This document shows positions 19,589 through 29,574 of a stretch of 64,000 bases of DNA, one piece after another. Numbering within the stretch: position 1 is the first letter of the stretch; the number at the start of each line of letters is the position of its first letter. This stretch comes from an uncultured Thermoleophilaceae bacterium (GTDB taxonomy: Bacteria; Actinomycetota; Thermoleophilia; Solirubrobacterales; Thermoleophilaceae). The notes below the pieces were generated by a model. The model did no database searches. It saw nothing but the letters and a program-made list of their open reading frames with translations, and had not been told where the DNA came from. Where the stretch lies: the NCBI GenBank assembly GCA_963839405.1, contig CAWIUV010000003.1, forward strand, positions 237,445-301,444, given 5' to 3'. The position numbers and the translations under genes are program-made.

Positions 19589-20427
19589 GTCGCTACCGCC
19601 CGCTCGGCCAGGTACGAGGACAGGCCCTCCTGCCAGTCGGGCAGGTGGATGGCCTCCGTGCGCTCGGTCGCAAGGACCGAGTACGGCGGCCGGGGCGCCG
19701 GCCGGTTGAGCTCGTCGGTCGTCATGGACATCATCCGGACGTCGAGCGCGCTCTGGCGGAAGATCTCCTCGGCGAACTCGAACCACGAGCACTCCCCGCC
19801 GCCGGCGATGTGGTGGATGCCGAATGCGCTGGTGGCGATGAGCCGGACGAGCGCGTCGGCGAGGTGGGCCGTGTAGGTCGGGCAGCCGACCTGGTCGCGG
19901 ACGACGACCACCTCGCCCTGGTCGCGGCCGAGCAGGAGCATGGTCTCGACGAAGTTCCGCCCGGCCGTCCCGTACAGCCACGAGGTGCGCACGATGAAGT
20001 AGCGCTGGTTCGCCGCCGCCGTCTCGGCCTCGCCGGCAGCCTTCGTCTGTCCGTAGACCGATATCGGGCGGGTGGCGTCGGACTCGACGTAGGGCGCTCC
20101 CTTGAGCCCGTCGAACACGTAGTCGGTCGACGGGTAGACGATGCTCGCTCCCACCTCCGCCGCGCCGAGGGCCAGGTACCGCGCGCCCTCGACGTTCACG
20201 CGCGAGGCGGTCTCGAGGTTGTCCTCGCAGCCGTCCACGTCGGCGTACGCGGCGCAGTTCACGACGACGTCGGGCTTGTGCTCTGCGCAGGTGCGCCAGA
20301 CCGCCTCGGAGTCCGTGATGTCGACCTCGGGCAGGTCGAAGCCCACGACATCGTGGTTCCAGTAGGTCGCGGCCCGGACGAAGTCCGTGCCGAGCATCCC
20401 GCGCGCTCCTGCGACAAGGATCTTCAC
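19585..20427 (-). CDS. rmlD: dTDP-4-dehydrorhamnose reductase
   Basis: MKILVAGARGMLG.., VVNCAAYADVDGCE, STDYVFDG and YGQTKAAGE. Confidence 0.9.
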   Translation of the reverse strand: MKILVAGARGMLGTDFVRAATYWNHDVVGFDLPEVDITDSEAVWRTCAEHKPDVVVNCAAYADVDGCEDNLETASRVNVEGARYLALGAAEVGASIVYPSTDYVFDGLKGAPYVESDATRPISVYGQTKAAGEAETAAANQRYFIVRTSWLYGTAGRNFVETMLLLGRDQGEVVVVRDQVGCPTYTAHLADALVRLIATSAFGIHHIAGGGECSWFEFAEEIFRQSALDVRMMSMTTDELNRPAPRPPYSVLATERTEAIHLPDWQEGLSSYLAERAVAT

Positions 20428-20431
20428 GGCG

Positions 20432-21508
20432 TCACAGGATCGCGATCTCGGCGTTGTCGCCCACGACGAAGCGGAAGGCGCGCGGCAGCTCCGGGCTGCG
20501 GGCGATCGCCACGTTCTTGCCGATCAAGCTGGCCTCGATGCGGCCGTCCAGGTCCTGGATCGAGGATCCCTCCAGCACGATCGCGTGCTCGATCTCGGCG
20601 TTCGAGACCACCACGTGGGCCCCGATCGCCGTGTACGGCCCGATGTAGGCGTCGGTCAGGACGGCGCCGCGGCCGATGATCGCCGGGCCGCGCACGGTCG
20701 TGCGCTCGAGCCGCGCTCCGCTCTCGATCGCAACCCGCCCCTCGACGCGCGACTCGATCAGCTCGCCCTCGTGACGCTCCTCGATGTCGTCGAGGATCAG
20801 GCGGTTCGCCTCGAGCATGTCCTGGACCTGGCCGGTGTCCTTCCACCAGCCGCGCACGATGTGCGGGTCCACGCGCAGCCCGGAGTCGACGAGGTGCTGG
20901 ATCGCGTCGGTGATCTCGAGCTCGCCGCGACCCGACGGCTTGATCGCGCGCGCGGCGTCGAAAACCGTCGGGGTGAACATGTAGACGCCGACGAGCGCCA
21001 GGTCGGTGTTGGGCTCGGCCGGCTTCTCGACGAGGCGGGATACGCGCCCGTCCCCGTCCAGCTCCGCCACGCCGTAGTGCTCGGGGTCGGGCACCGGCGT
21101 CAGAAGGATCAGCGCGTCGGGCTCGTCGGAGCGGAACGTCTCGACGAGCTCCGTGATGCCGTCGCGCAGCAGGTTGTCGCCCAGATACATCACGAACGGC
21201 GACTCGCCGAGGAAGTCCTCGGCCGTGAGCACCGCGTGAGCGAGGCCGAGCGGCTCGTCCTGCTCGATGTAGGTGATGTCGATGCCGAAAGCGGATCCGT
21301 CGCCGGCGACCTCGCGGATCTCCGCGCCCGTCTCCGGGGCGATGATGATCCCGACGTCGCGGATGCCCGCGGCGGCCATTGCCTCGATCCCGTAGAAGAG
21401 GACGGGCTTGTTCGCCACGGGGACGAGCTGTTTCGCGCTCGTGTAGGTGATCGGGCGCAGCCGCGTGCCGCGGCCACCGGACAGGATCAGCCCCTTCAGG
21501 CCCTCCAT
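20432..21508 (-). CDS. rmlA: Glucose-1-phosphate thymidylyltransferase, long form with C-terminal left-handed beta-helix
   Basis: GLILSGGRGTRLRPITYTSAKQLVPVANKP.., then hexapeptide-repeat tail. Start MEGLKG at 21508. Confidence 0.88.
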   Translation of the reverse strand: MEGLKGLILSGGRGTRLRPITYTSAKQLVPVANKPVLFYGIEAMAAAGIRDVGIIIAPETGAEIREVAGDGSAFGIDITYIEQDEPLGLAHAVLTAEDFLGESPFVMYLGDNLLRDGITELVETFRSDEPDALILLTPVPDPEHYGVAELDGDGRVSRLVEKPAEPNTDLALVGVYMFTPTVFDAARAIKPSGRGELEITDAIQHLVDSGLRVDPHIVRGWWKDTGQVQDMLEANRLILDDIEERHEGELIESRVEGRVAIESGARLERTTVRGPAIIGRGAVLTDAYIGPYTAIGAHVVVSNAEIEHAIVLEGSSIQDLDGRIEASLIGKNVAIARSPELPRAFRFVVGDNAEIAIL

Positions 21509-21958
21509 CAGTAGGTACCGCCCAACTTGGAGTGGTCCCACGAGACGATTCGCGTGGGCGTGAACCGGAGGCCGACGCGCTTCGGCGCCTGCTGCTCGAC
21601 CATCGCGGTGACGGACTCGTCGAGGGTGCCCGCGTAGCGCTCGAAGAGGGCCAGGCCGTATCCCTTCGCGTCAGCGTCGAGGGTCACGTCGCACTCCATC
21701 ATCACGCCACGCAGCTCGTGGTACTGGACACCGCTGCTCGACATGGATCGTCGCGCGCGGGTCGCGCTCCAGGTTCTTGGCCTTCTGCGACTTCGCATAT
21801 GTCCAGCCTGTCATGCCGAGCCCATCCGGCACGTACCAGAGCGCCATCAGGTGGGGGCGGCCGCGCGGGCCGATCGTCCCCACCGTCATCACCTTCTGCT
21901 CGGCGAGGAACGCGCGCACCTCGTCGTCGGACATGCGGATTTGATCGCGCCGCGACAT
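21508..21958 (-). pseudogene. Pyridoxamine 5'-phosphate oxidase-family (PPOX / F420-dependent class) protein, one frameshift near 21735
   Basis: N-terminal half MSRRDQIRMSDDEVRAFLAEQKVMTVGTIGPRGRPHLMALWY (ORF 21671..21958) and C-terminal half YHELRGVMMECDVTL..RIVSWDHSKLGGTY (ORF 21508..21798). Confidence 0.7.
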
Positions 21959-21974
21959 GTGCGGCGAAACCTAC

Positions 21975-24036
21975 TCAGCTGTGCGCGAGCCCGGCGAGCG
22001 CTTCCGCGCCCTCGAGGACCGCGGCGCGGGCCTCCTCGGGCTCGAGCACCACCGCATCGCCGCTCAGGCTGAGGATCAGGTGCACGAGCCAGTCGGTGCC
22101 CTTGAAGGGCTGCTCCACGATCACGGCCCCGTCCTTCAGCTCCTGCACGACCCGCTTGTCCTCGCGCGCCCAGCGCGCCCGCTCGGGCGACCACCAGATC
22201 CGTGCGACCTGCGAGGCCTCGACCTCGCCGGTCTTCAGCCAGCCGCGCGTGTCGGCCTCGACGCCCTCGCGCGGCTCGAACTCCTCGTCGAGCACGCTGG
22301 CGGAGCGGATGCGGTCGAGCCGGAACGTGCGCGTATCGTCGCGCTCGAGGTCGAACGAGACGACGTACCAGCCCTCACGGCCGTTGGCGAGCTGGTACGG
22401 CTCGATCCGGCGAGTCGAGAAGTCGTCCTCGTTCTCCTTGTAGTACTCGAGCTCCACCAGGCGGTGCGACACGATGCCCTCGCTGAGCACCCGCGCGACA
22501 TCGGAGTCGTCGCCCTTCGCGCGCGTGATCTGGAGGCCGTCCTGGGCGGGGTCCTGCCCGAGCGCCTTGGTGATCTTCTTGCGCGCGGACTCCAGCGAGC
22601 CCTCCGGGATGTGCTCGCCGATCAGGTCGATGGCGGCCACCAGCGCCTTCGCCTGCAGCGGGAGGAGGCGTGCCGGGCGGGCGAAGTTGTCGCCGTAGGG
22701 CTCGGGGTCCACCTCGATCGTGTCGCCGACGACCTCGGCGTACACGACGTAGCTGCCGCCCGCCGAAGTTGACGACGTTGAGCACGTCGATGTCCTCCTG
22801 CAGCTCCTGCTCGGTCACGTTCAGCCGCTCGCAGAGCGGAGCGAGGTCGAGCTTGATGCCCTCGCGCGCAGCCTCGATCAGGATGCTGGCGAGCGTGACG
22901 AGGCGGGCGAACCGCTCAGGGCGGATCGGTGACTCGCCCTTGCCCTCATCGTCATCCGGCGCCGGCCGCTCGGTCTGGCGTGCCTTCGGCTTCGCCGCCT
23001 CGAAGGCGCCGCGATGCCGCTCGACGATCAGCTCCAGCCGCTCGCCGGCGAGCTTGACCAGGTCGGGTGGGTCGAGCAGGCGCGCACGGTCGCCCAGCTC
23101 GAGCACCCAGTCGACGATCGCGCGCGGGTCCGCGTACTCGGTTTCGAAGACCGAGCCGTCCGACGGCGCGTCCTCGACGTCCGCGGCCGGCTGAATCGAG
23201 CCGGCGTGCCCGTAGTGGCGCTCGATCAGCCAGTCGACGCGCGGGGACAGCCAGATCCGGGCGGTGCCCTCCGCGTCACCGAGCTGCCAGTCCGTCCGGG
23301 TGGCGTACCAGCGGTGATCGAAGTCCTCCGGGCGGGCGAAGTCATGCTCGGCCTTCGACGAGTACGACACCTTGCCGCGGATGCGCGAGAGCCGGAATAC
23401 CCGGATGTCCTGGCGCTCGTGCGAGTAGCCGATCAAATAGAACTGCCCGCGCTGGTAGAGGAGCTGGTACGGGTCGACCTTGCGCTTCTCCTCCGCGTCG
23501 CGGCCGATCGTGTAGTAGTCGAAGACGATCGTCTTGCGCCGGAAGATCGCGGTCTCGATCTTCGACAGCCGCTGCGACAGCTCACGCCCGCCGGCCTCCG
23601 CCGTCTGCGCGAGCGCCACCGCCTGGCTGTCGGCGGTTCCCAGGGGCGAGGGCTTGCCCCAGGAGAGCTGCTGGAGCGCGAGCCGGAGCGGCTCGGCGTA
23701 GGCGAACTCGCCGTCCAGCAGGCTGAGCGCCATCCGCAGCGCGCCCAGCTCGGCGTCCGAGAACCTGATCGCCGGCAGGTAGAAGTTCTCCGGCGGGAGC
23801 GTGTAGCTCTCCGCCTCGTACGAGCCGTCGGCGGGCTTGTCCACCTTCAGGTCGATGCCGAGCGACTCGAGCTCCGCGCGGTCGGCGTAGAAGCGGCGCG
23901 CGAAGGCGTCGTCGTTCATGCCCGAGTAGCCCTCCACCTCCTGCTTGATCTCGAGCGCGGTGACCGAGCGCCGCTCCGCCATGAGGAACGAGATCAGGGA
24001 GAGCTGCCGTATGAGCTTTTCGGTGTCTTTTGCCAC
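21975..24036 (-). pseudogene. pafBC: Fused PafB-PafC-type regulator (two HTH-WYL-WCX modules in one polypeptide), one frameshift near 22745
   Basis: Module 1: VAKDTEKLIRQLSLISFLM.. and KVDPYQLLYQRGQFYLIGYSHERQDIRVFRLSRI. Linker ..PAPDDDEGKGES... Module 2: RPERFARLVTLASILIEA.. and RIEPYQLANGREGWYVVSFDLERDDTRTFRLDRI. There is no stop or frame change at the module junction. An extra G in GGCGGGCGG breaks the frame inside module 2. Start is GTG 24036. Confidence 0.8.
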
Positions 24037-24124
24037 TGGCGGCCCAGCATAAAGAGGGTTAAGCGACGCCGGAGCGCCGCTGTGCGACGAAGGCGTGCTC
24101 GCTTTTCCGCTCTTTGCGGGCTGG

Positions 24125-25120
24125 CTAGGCGGCGTCGCGGCGGGCGAAGTACGCCGAGCCGTCCAGTGCGCGGTCGAAGCGGGACCAGCGCTCGCCGTCG
24201 CCAAGCGACTTCTCGAGCCGGTCGAAGCTCCCGAGCTTGCCGCCGAGGTTGTCGATCGCGTGCACGAGGGTGGCCTCCCGCGTGCACGGCACGACCGGGC
24301 TGCCGTGCTCGAGCGAGCCGTGGTGGGAGAGGATGATGTGAAGGACGGCCTCCGCCGTCTCCGGCGGGAAGCCGGGGATCTCCTCGATCTCGCGCCGGAC
24401 GGTGTAGTAGCCGAGCGGGATCTCGCCCTGGAGCTTGCCGGCGTCGCTCAGGTCGATGGCGTCGCCCTCCATCGAGTACGCCTCGATCTTCCCGATGTCG
24501 TGAAGCAACGCGCCGGTGACCGCGACGTCGCGGTCGAGCCCGGGAAACGTGGCCGCCATCGCGCTGACGCCCTGCGCGACCGACAGGCAGTGCTCGAGCA
24601 GCCCGTGCCGGTAGGCCTGGTGGTAGTGCTTGGCCGCCGGCCAGACGCTCCACTTCTCCCAGATCGGGCTGTCGGCGCCCAGGCAGCGGTCGAGCAGCCG
24701 CCGCAGGTGCGGGCACTGGACGGTGCCGATCAGCTCGCGCAGGTCGGCCTCCATCTGCGCAAGGGGCACCGGGGCGCACTCGTGCAGGTCGGCGGCCTCG
24801 TACTCCCCCTCGGCGGCGGCCCGCAGCGTGCGCACCGTGAGGTTGGACCCGAACCGCTCGTCAACGGAGTAGGTGGCCTGAACGATCACGACAGCGCCGG
24901 GGAGGGCCACCTCGGCGACGGCGTCGACGCCGTCCCAGCAGACCGCTTCGATCCGGCCGGTCACGTCGCCGAGCTGGAGCTTCAGGAAGGCATCGCCGTT
25001 GCGCTTGGAGCGCCGGCTGACCTCGCGCACCACGAACGCGGTCTCGACCTGCTGGCCGTCCACGAGGTCGCGCGCGAACACCTTCTCGGTGACGGTGGGG
25101 ATCAGAATTGCCTGCTCCAT
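24125..25120 (-). CDS. YhaM-like 3'-5' exoribonuclease (OB-fold + HD domain)
   Basis: OB part FVVREVSRRSKRNGDAFLKLQLGDVTG. HD part HHQAYRHGLLEHCLSV, ALLHDIGK and ILSHHG. Start MEQAILIP at 25120. Confidence 0.75.
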   Translation of the reverse strand: MEQAILIPTVTEKVFARDLVDGQQVETAFVVREVSRRSKRNGDAFLKLQLGDVTGRIEAVCWDGVDAVAEVALPGAVVIVQATYSVDERFGSNLTVRTLRAAAEGEYEAADLHECAPVPLAQMEADLRELIGTVQCPHLRRLLDRCLGADSPIWEKWSVWPAAKHYHQAYRHGLLEHCLSVAQGVSAMAATFPGLDRDVAVTGALLHDIGKIEAYSMEGDAIDLSDAGKLQGEIPLGYYTVRREIEEIPGFPPETAEAVLHIILSHHGSLEHGSPVVPCTREATLVHAIDNLGGKLGSFDRLEKSLGDGERWSRFDRALDGSAYFARRDAA

Positions 25121-25174
25121 CCGGCGGTCCAAGTTAGGGCCGTCGCCGGACGGCCTGGCGCCTAGAGTCTCCGC

Positions 25175-25849
25175 ATGCACGCGGTTCTCGTGGCCGGCGG
25201 AACGGGCGCGCTCGGCGGCGCGGTAGTGGGCGATCTGCTCGCCGCGGGGCACCCGGTGACGGCGACGTGGGTCGTCGAAAAGGAGCGTGACCGGATGGTC
25301 GAGGCGGACGGCTTGTCGCTCGTCCAGGCCGACCTGATGGACCCCGACGCGGTGGCCTCGGCCGTCGACTCCGTCGACGATCTCGGGGCGGTGGTCAACC
25401 TGGTCGGCGGGTTCTCCTACGGGCCGCGCGTGCACGAGATGGACCCGGACGAATGGGAGCGACTGCTTCGGCTGAATCTGCGGCCCGGCTTCCTGCTCGC
25501 GCGCGCGGCGATGCCCCGGCTCGTCGAGCGGGGCGGTGGCGCATATGTGGGCGTCTCGGCTCGCGCCGCACTCCGCCCGTTCCCCGGCGCTTCCGCGTAC
25601 GTCACCTCGAAAGCGGCTGTGATCGCGTTCGTGCAGACCCTCGACGCCGACTATCGCCAGGACGGGATCCGCGCGAACGCTGTGCTGCCGAGCGTGATCG
25701 ACACGCCCGCGAACCGCGCCGCGGAGCCGGACGCCGACTACTCGAAGTGGGTGCAGCCGGCCGAGATAGCGAAGGTGATCCGCTTCCTCGTCTCGGGCGA
25801 CTCAGCGGTGACCAGCGGCGGCGCGATCCCCGTCTACGGCCGCGCCTAG
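25175..25849 (+). CDS. SDR-family oxidoreductase
   Basis: VAGGTGALGGAV (TGxxxGxG) and YVTSKAAV (YxxxK). TAGAGT lies 6 nt before the ATG. Confidence 0.85.
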   Translation: MHAVLVAGGTGALGGAVVGDLLAAGHPVTATWVVEKERDRMVEADGLSLVQADLMDPDAVASAVDSVDDLGAVVNLVGGFSYGPRVHEMDPDEWERLLRLNLRPGFLLARAAMPRLVERGGGAYVGVSARAALRPFPGASAYVTSKAAVIAFVQTLDADYRQDGIRANAVLPSVIDTPANRAAEPDADYSKWVQPAEIAKVIRFLVSGDSAVTSGGAIPVYGRA

Positions 25850-26349
25850 CCGCCGTAGAAGCGGAGCGCGCGGTGGCCGAGCTCGGCAACGGCGTTGCCG
25901 TTCTGGACGGCCATGATCGGCGAGGCGACGACCGGGATCAGCTTCCCGGCGGTCCACTTCGTGAAGTGCCCGCCGACCATCTCGGATCAGGCGGCCCTGG
26001 AGCGTCCCTTTCTCGTCCCCGCGGAGCTTGCCCTCGCCGTAGGCGACAGCGAAGTGGCGGCCCACGCCGTCGAGCGCTGCGCGCGCATCCTCCGCGGTCT
26101 CGTAGAGGCGCGTGAGCGTGAGCAGCTCGGCCGGGCGCATCGGGTGGCGCGGGTCGAATCCGAACGAGGCCGCGACGTGGAACACCATCCGGCTCTGAGC
26201 CAGGCGAGCGCAACGACGTCCGGGATGATTCCCCAGGCCCCCGCCAGCCCCGCGGTCGCGCCTTCCAGCCGCGAGATGCGCACGTGACGCTTCACGCGCG
26301 TGCCGCGCGAGCGTCGGCGGGTGGCTCGCCCGCGTGCTCGGCGGCCCAC
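25846..26349 (-). pseudogene. EcsC-like protein, fragmented over three frames
   Basis: LEGATAGLAGAWGIIPDVVALAWLR / MVFHVAASFGFDPRHPMRPAELLTLTRLY.. / ..SEMVGGHFTKWTAGKLIPVVASPIMAVQNGNAVAELGHRALRFYGG-stop. The family assignment is tentative and the start is undefined. Confidence 0.35.
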
Positions 26350-26392
26350 CGCTCGGCGCTCGGCGCGAACCGCTCGGACGCGGCGAGAGCGA

Positions 26393-27536
26393 TCAACTCG
26401 GGAGCCCGGTCCGGCCGTGCGCGGATCTGGTCCCAGACCTCTTGGCGGAGTCGGTGGTCTCTGCTGCGGGGCTCTCAGCAGTGACCTCGGCCCTGCGCCC
26501 GACGCGCAGCCGCAGGCCGGAGGGGAAAGCGAAGTCGCGCGTCACGGTTGCGCCACTTCCTACCAGGCTGTCCTCGAGACGGTGTCCGATGTGCCGGATC
26601 ACCGCGTGGTCGAGCACGATCGAGTGCTCAAGCTCGGCGCCCTCTAGGCGCACCTCGGACCCGACAGCGCTGTAGGGGCCGACGAAGGCGTCCTGGAGCA
26701 CCGCGCGCGGCCCGATCACCGCTGGGCCGCGGATCGTGCTCCGCTCGATGACGGCGGTCGGGTGGATCTGAACCCGCCCTTCGATCCGCGCGTGCGACAG
26801 GTCGCATCCGGCGAGTTCCGAATCGATCTCGTCGAGCACCATCCGATTCGCCGCCAGCAGCCCGTCGACCTCGCCCGTGTACTTCCAGGAGCCGTTGACG
26901 ATCCGGGTTTCGAGCCGGCCATCCGCCTCGCCGATCGCCCGGACGATCTCCGTGACTCCGGCTTCGTCCGGGAGCGCCAGCGCGGCGGCGACGGCCGCGG
27001 GGCCGAGGACGAAGACACCAGCCAGTGCCTGCTCGGCCGGTGGGACCGGCTTGTCCTCGACGAGCCGAAGCGGGCGGGCGTCGCTCTCCGGCCCTTGCCG
27101 GCCGAACTCGGCGGCGTTGCGGACGAGCATCAGCGCGTCGCTGCCGCTCGCGCTCGAGCTCCTCGAAGAGCGGCGGGAGGGGCTGTGAGACGAGCGCATC
27201 GCCCAGATGGACCATCACCGGGCGCTCGTCGAGGAAGTGGTCAGCCGCGCGGAGCGCCTGGACGAGGCCCTGCGGCTCGCCCGCGTCGATGCAGCCGATC
27301 CGCATCGCGCCGTCCGTGGCTGCCGAGAGCAGCATCTGCACGTCGGCCGACGTGCCCGGCGAGACGATCACCGCGACGTCCTCGATGCCCGACGCCTGCA
27401 TCGCGGCGAGCCCGTAGGTGAGCAGCGGCTGGTTCGCCACGGGCAGCCGGTGGGCCGCGCGGGCGCCGGCGAGTGCGGTCAGCTCGTCGTCGCGGGTGGA
27501 CGCGGCCAGAAGGAGCCCCTTGCCCGTACGGGTCAT
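26393..27536 (-). pseudogene. Second RmlA-like sugar-nucleotidyltransferase paralogue with beta-helix tail, one frameshift near 27135
   Basis: MTRTGKGLLLAAS..LPVANQPLLTYGLAAMQASGIEDVAVIVSP.. (ORF 26628..27884) continues as ..GSWKYTGEVDGLLAANRMVLDEI..IEGRVQIHPTAVIERSTIRGPAVIG.. (ORF 26393..27199). Confidence 0.65.
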
Positions 27537-27571
27537 ACACGACCTAACGAAGTGAGACCCGAGAACTGGCG

Positions 27572-28757
27572 TCAGACGGAGCGGGCGCGGGCGGCCGTCA
27601 CGGTCAGGTCGGCCAGCTCGAAGTCCGGCTCCTCGCCGAACTCGCGCAGCATCCGCATCCGGAAGGACGTGTACCTGCGCGCCGCCTCGGTCCGCCGGCC
27701 AAGCCGCAGCCAGGCGGTGAGCAGCTGGCGGTGCACCTCGGCGTCGTACGGCTCGAGCTCGGCGAGCTGCTCGAGCACGGCTGCCGCGCCGTCCAGGTCG
27801 TCGCGCTTCGCGAGGATCGTGGCGAGCAGGCGGAGGCACTGCGTGGTCAGCCCGCGAAGCCGGTCGCGCTCCGCGTAGGCCCACTCGGCGTACGGCTCAT
27901 CCGAGAGGAAGTCCCCGCGGTACAGCTCGAGCGCCTTCGATAGCTCGGCCTCGGCGTCCGCCGTGCGCGCCGCGGCGCGCCGCGTTGATGCCGTTCTTGG
28001 CCGCCTCCTCGAACTCGTCCGCGTCGATCTGCACACGCCGCCGGTCGATCGCGTAGCCGCCCTGTACCGCCGCGATGAAGGACGACGGAGCCCGCTTCGG
28101 CCGGTCCGGCTCGAGCTTGTCGCGCAGGGAATGGATGAAGTGGCGCACGTTGTTGAGCGCCGTCGGGCCGGCGCCGGGCCAGAGCGCCTCGGCGATCTCC
28201 TCGGCGTGGACCACGCGGTTGCGCTCGCAGACCAGGTACTTGAGGACGTGACCGGGCCGCTGCTGCAGCCACTTGCCGCCGAGCGGCCCCTCGGGGCTGT
28301 CGACGTGCATCCGGCCGAAGGCCGAGATTCGCAGCCGCGGGCCGCTGATCCAGTGCGGGTCGCTGCGCCGGCGGCGGTCGCGGGCGTCGCCGGGGCGGAG
28401 GTGCAGCAGTGCGCGGCCGTCGCCAAGCGGCGCGGCGGTCACCCACAGCGCGCTCACGCCGCCCGCGCGGTTCGTGTCGATCCGGATCTCCGGGAGGGCG
28501 GCCTCGGAGCCCGCGGCGCGCTCGGCCAGGCAGCCTTCGGCGCAGGGCCCGCCCGGGGCCATGCAGTCGAAGAGCTCCCCGCAGCGAAGCGAGGCGTCGC
28601 CCTCCAGGTCAGGCAGGTAGCCCTGCGCGCACGGGTTGCTCGCGCTCACATGGCCGCCGGGCTCGACGATCACGACGCCATAGGGCAGGCGTGAGAAGAC
28701 GTTGTCTGCATGCGCGGGGCCAGTTTCCGCGCGCGGCGTCATGGAGCGAGATCCCAT
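27572..28757 (-). pseudogene. PAS-like sensor + winged-helix + BTAD (SARP/AfsR-type) transcriptional regulator, one frameshift near 27955
   Basis: N-terminal PAS-like region with a 4-Cys patch (LRCGELFDCMAPGGPCAEGCL). OmpR-type wHTH (RISAFGRMHV..LKYLVCERNRVVHAEEIAEALWP). BTAD (ALELYRGDFLSDEPYAEWAYAERDRL..YDAEVHRQLLTAWLRLGRRTEAARRY) in ORF 27572..28426. Confidence 0.8.
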
Positions 28758-28819
28758 CCGCGTGCCCTTCTGTCGATCATAGCCCGCTTAGCCAAGAGCT
28801 GGTCCCCAATTCGGGTTAC

Positions 28820-28831
28820 AACAAATTTGTT
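28820..28831. promoter_or_regulatory. 12-bp perfect palindrome AACAAATTTGTT in an AT-rich divergent intergenic region
   Basis: Read directly. It lies in the only clearly AT-rich intergenic stretch (28758-28950), between the SARP-type regulator and a sigma factor gene. Confidence 0.35.
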
Positions 28832-28950
28832 AGCTCGCTAATTGCTGACTAACAAGACACCTAATCGGCGCCAAAGGAGCGGTACTTAAGTTGCTCGGCA
28901 TCGGATCAACCGGGGGGCGGGGGCCCAGGCTCACACAGGAGGAACGACGG

Positions 28951-29574
28951 ATGAACCACCTGCTCGACCGTTACTCGGCCCTCAACGAGGGACGTTTCCA
29001 CCGCAAGCAGAAGCTCGACGAGGATCGCTCTCCTCAGGAGCTCGCACGCGTGATCGTACGTGCGAAGCAGGGCGATTCCGAGGCGCTTCGCTACCTCTAC
29101 CTGCGCTTCGCCGACAACGTGTACGGCTACGCCCGCAGCATCGTTCGCGACGATCACGAGGCCGAGGACGTGACCCAGCAGGTGTTCACCAGGCTGATGG
29201 GCTCGATCGAACGCTACGAGCAGCGCTCGGTGCCGTTTTCGTCGTGGCTCCTGCGAATCACGCACAACATGGCGATCGACCACATCCGCAAGCGCCGCGC
29301 CGTGCCGTGCGAGGACACCTACGCGGTGGACGAGGGGCACGACGAGCAGGGCGCAGCGCTGTCACTCACACTGCGCGATGCACTGGCCGAGCTTCCCGAG
29401 GAACAGCGCGAGGTTGTCGTGCTGCGCCACGTCGCCGGCTGGAGCCCGGGCGAGATCGCCGCTCATCTCGGCAAGTCCGAGGACTCGATCCACGGCCTGC
29501 ACCACCGCGGACGCAGGGCGCTCCAGCAGGAGCTGGTCGCCCGCGAGGCCGCGCCCGTGGCTCTCTCCGCCTAG
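28951..29574 (+). CDS. Sigma-70 family (ECF-like) RNA polymerase sigma factor
   Basis: ACAGGAGGAACGACGG precedes the ATG. Region 2 YLYLRFADNVYGYARSIVRDDHEAEDVTQQVF..SWLLRITHNMAIDHIR. Region 4 LPEEQREVVVLRHVAGWSPGEIAAHLGKSEDSIHGLHHRG. Confidence 0.88.
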   Translation: MNHLLDRYSALNEGRFHRKQKLDEDRSPQELARVIVRAKQGDSEALRYLYLRFADNVYGYARSIVRDDHEAEDVTQQVFTRLMGSIERYEQRSVPFSSWLLRITHNMAIDHIRKRRAVPCEDTYAVDEGHDEQGAALSLTLRDALAELPEEQREVVVLRHVAGWSPGEIAAHLGKSEDSIHGLHHRGRRALQQELVAREAAPVALSA

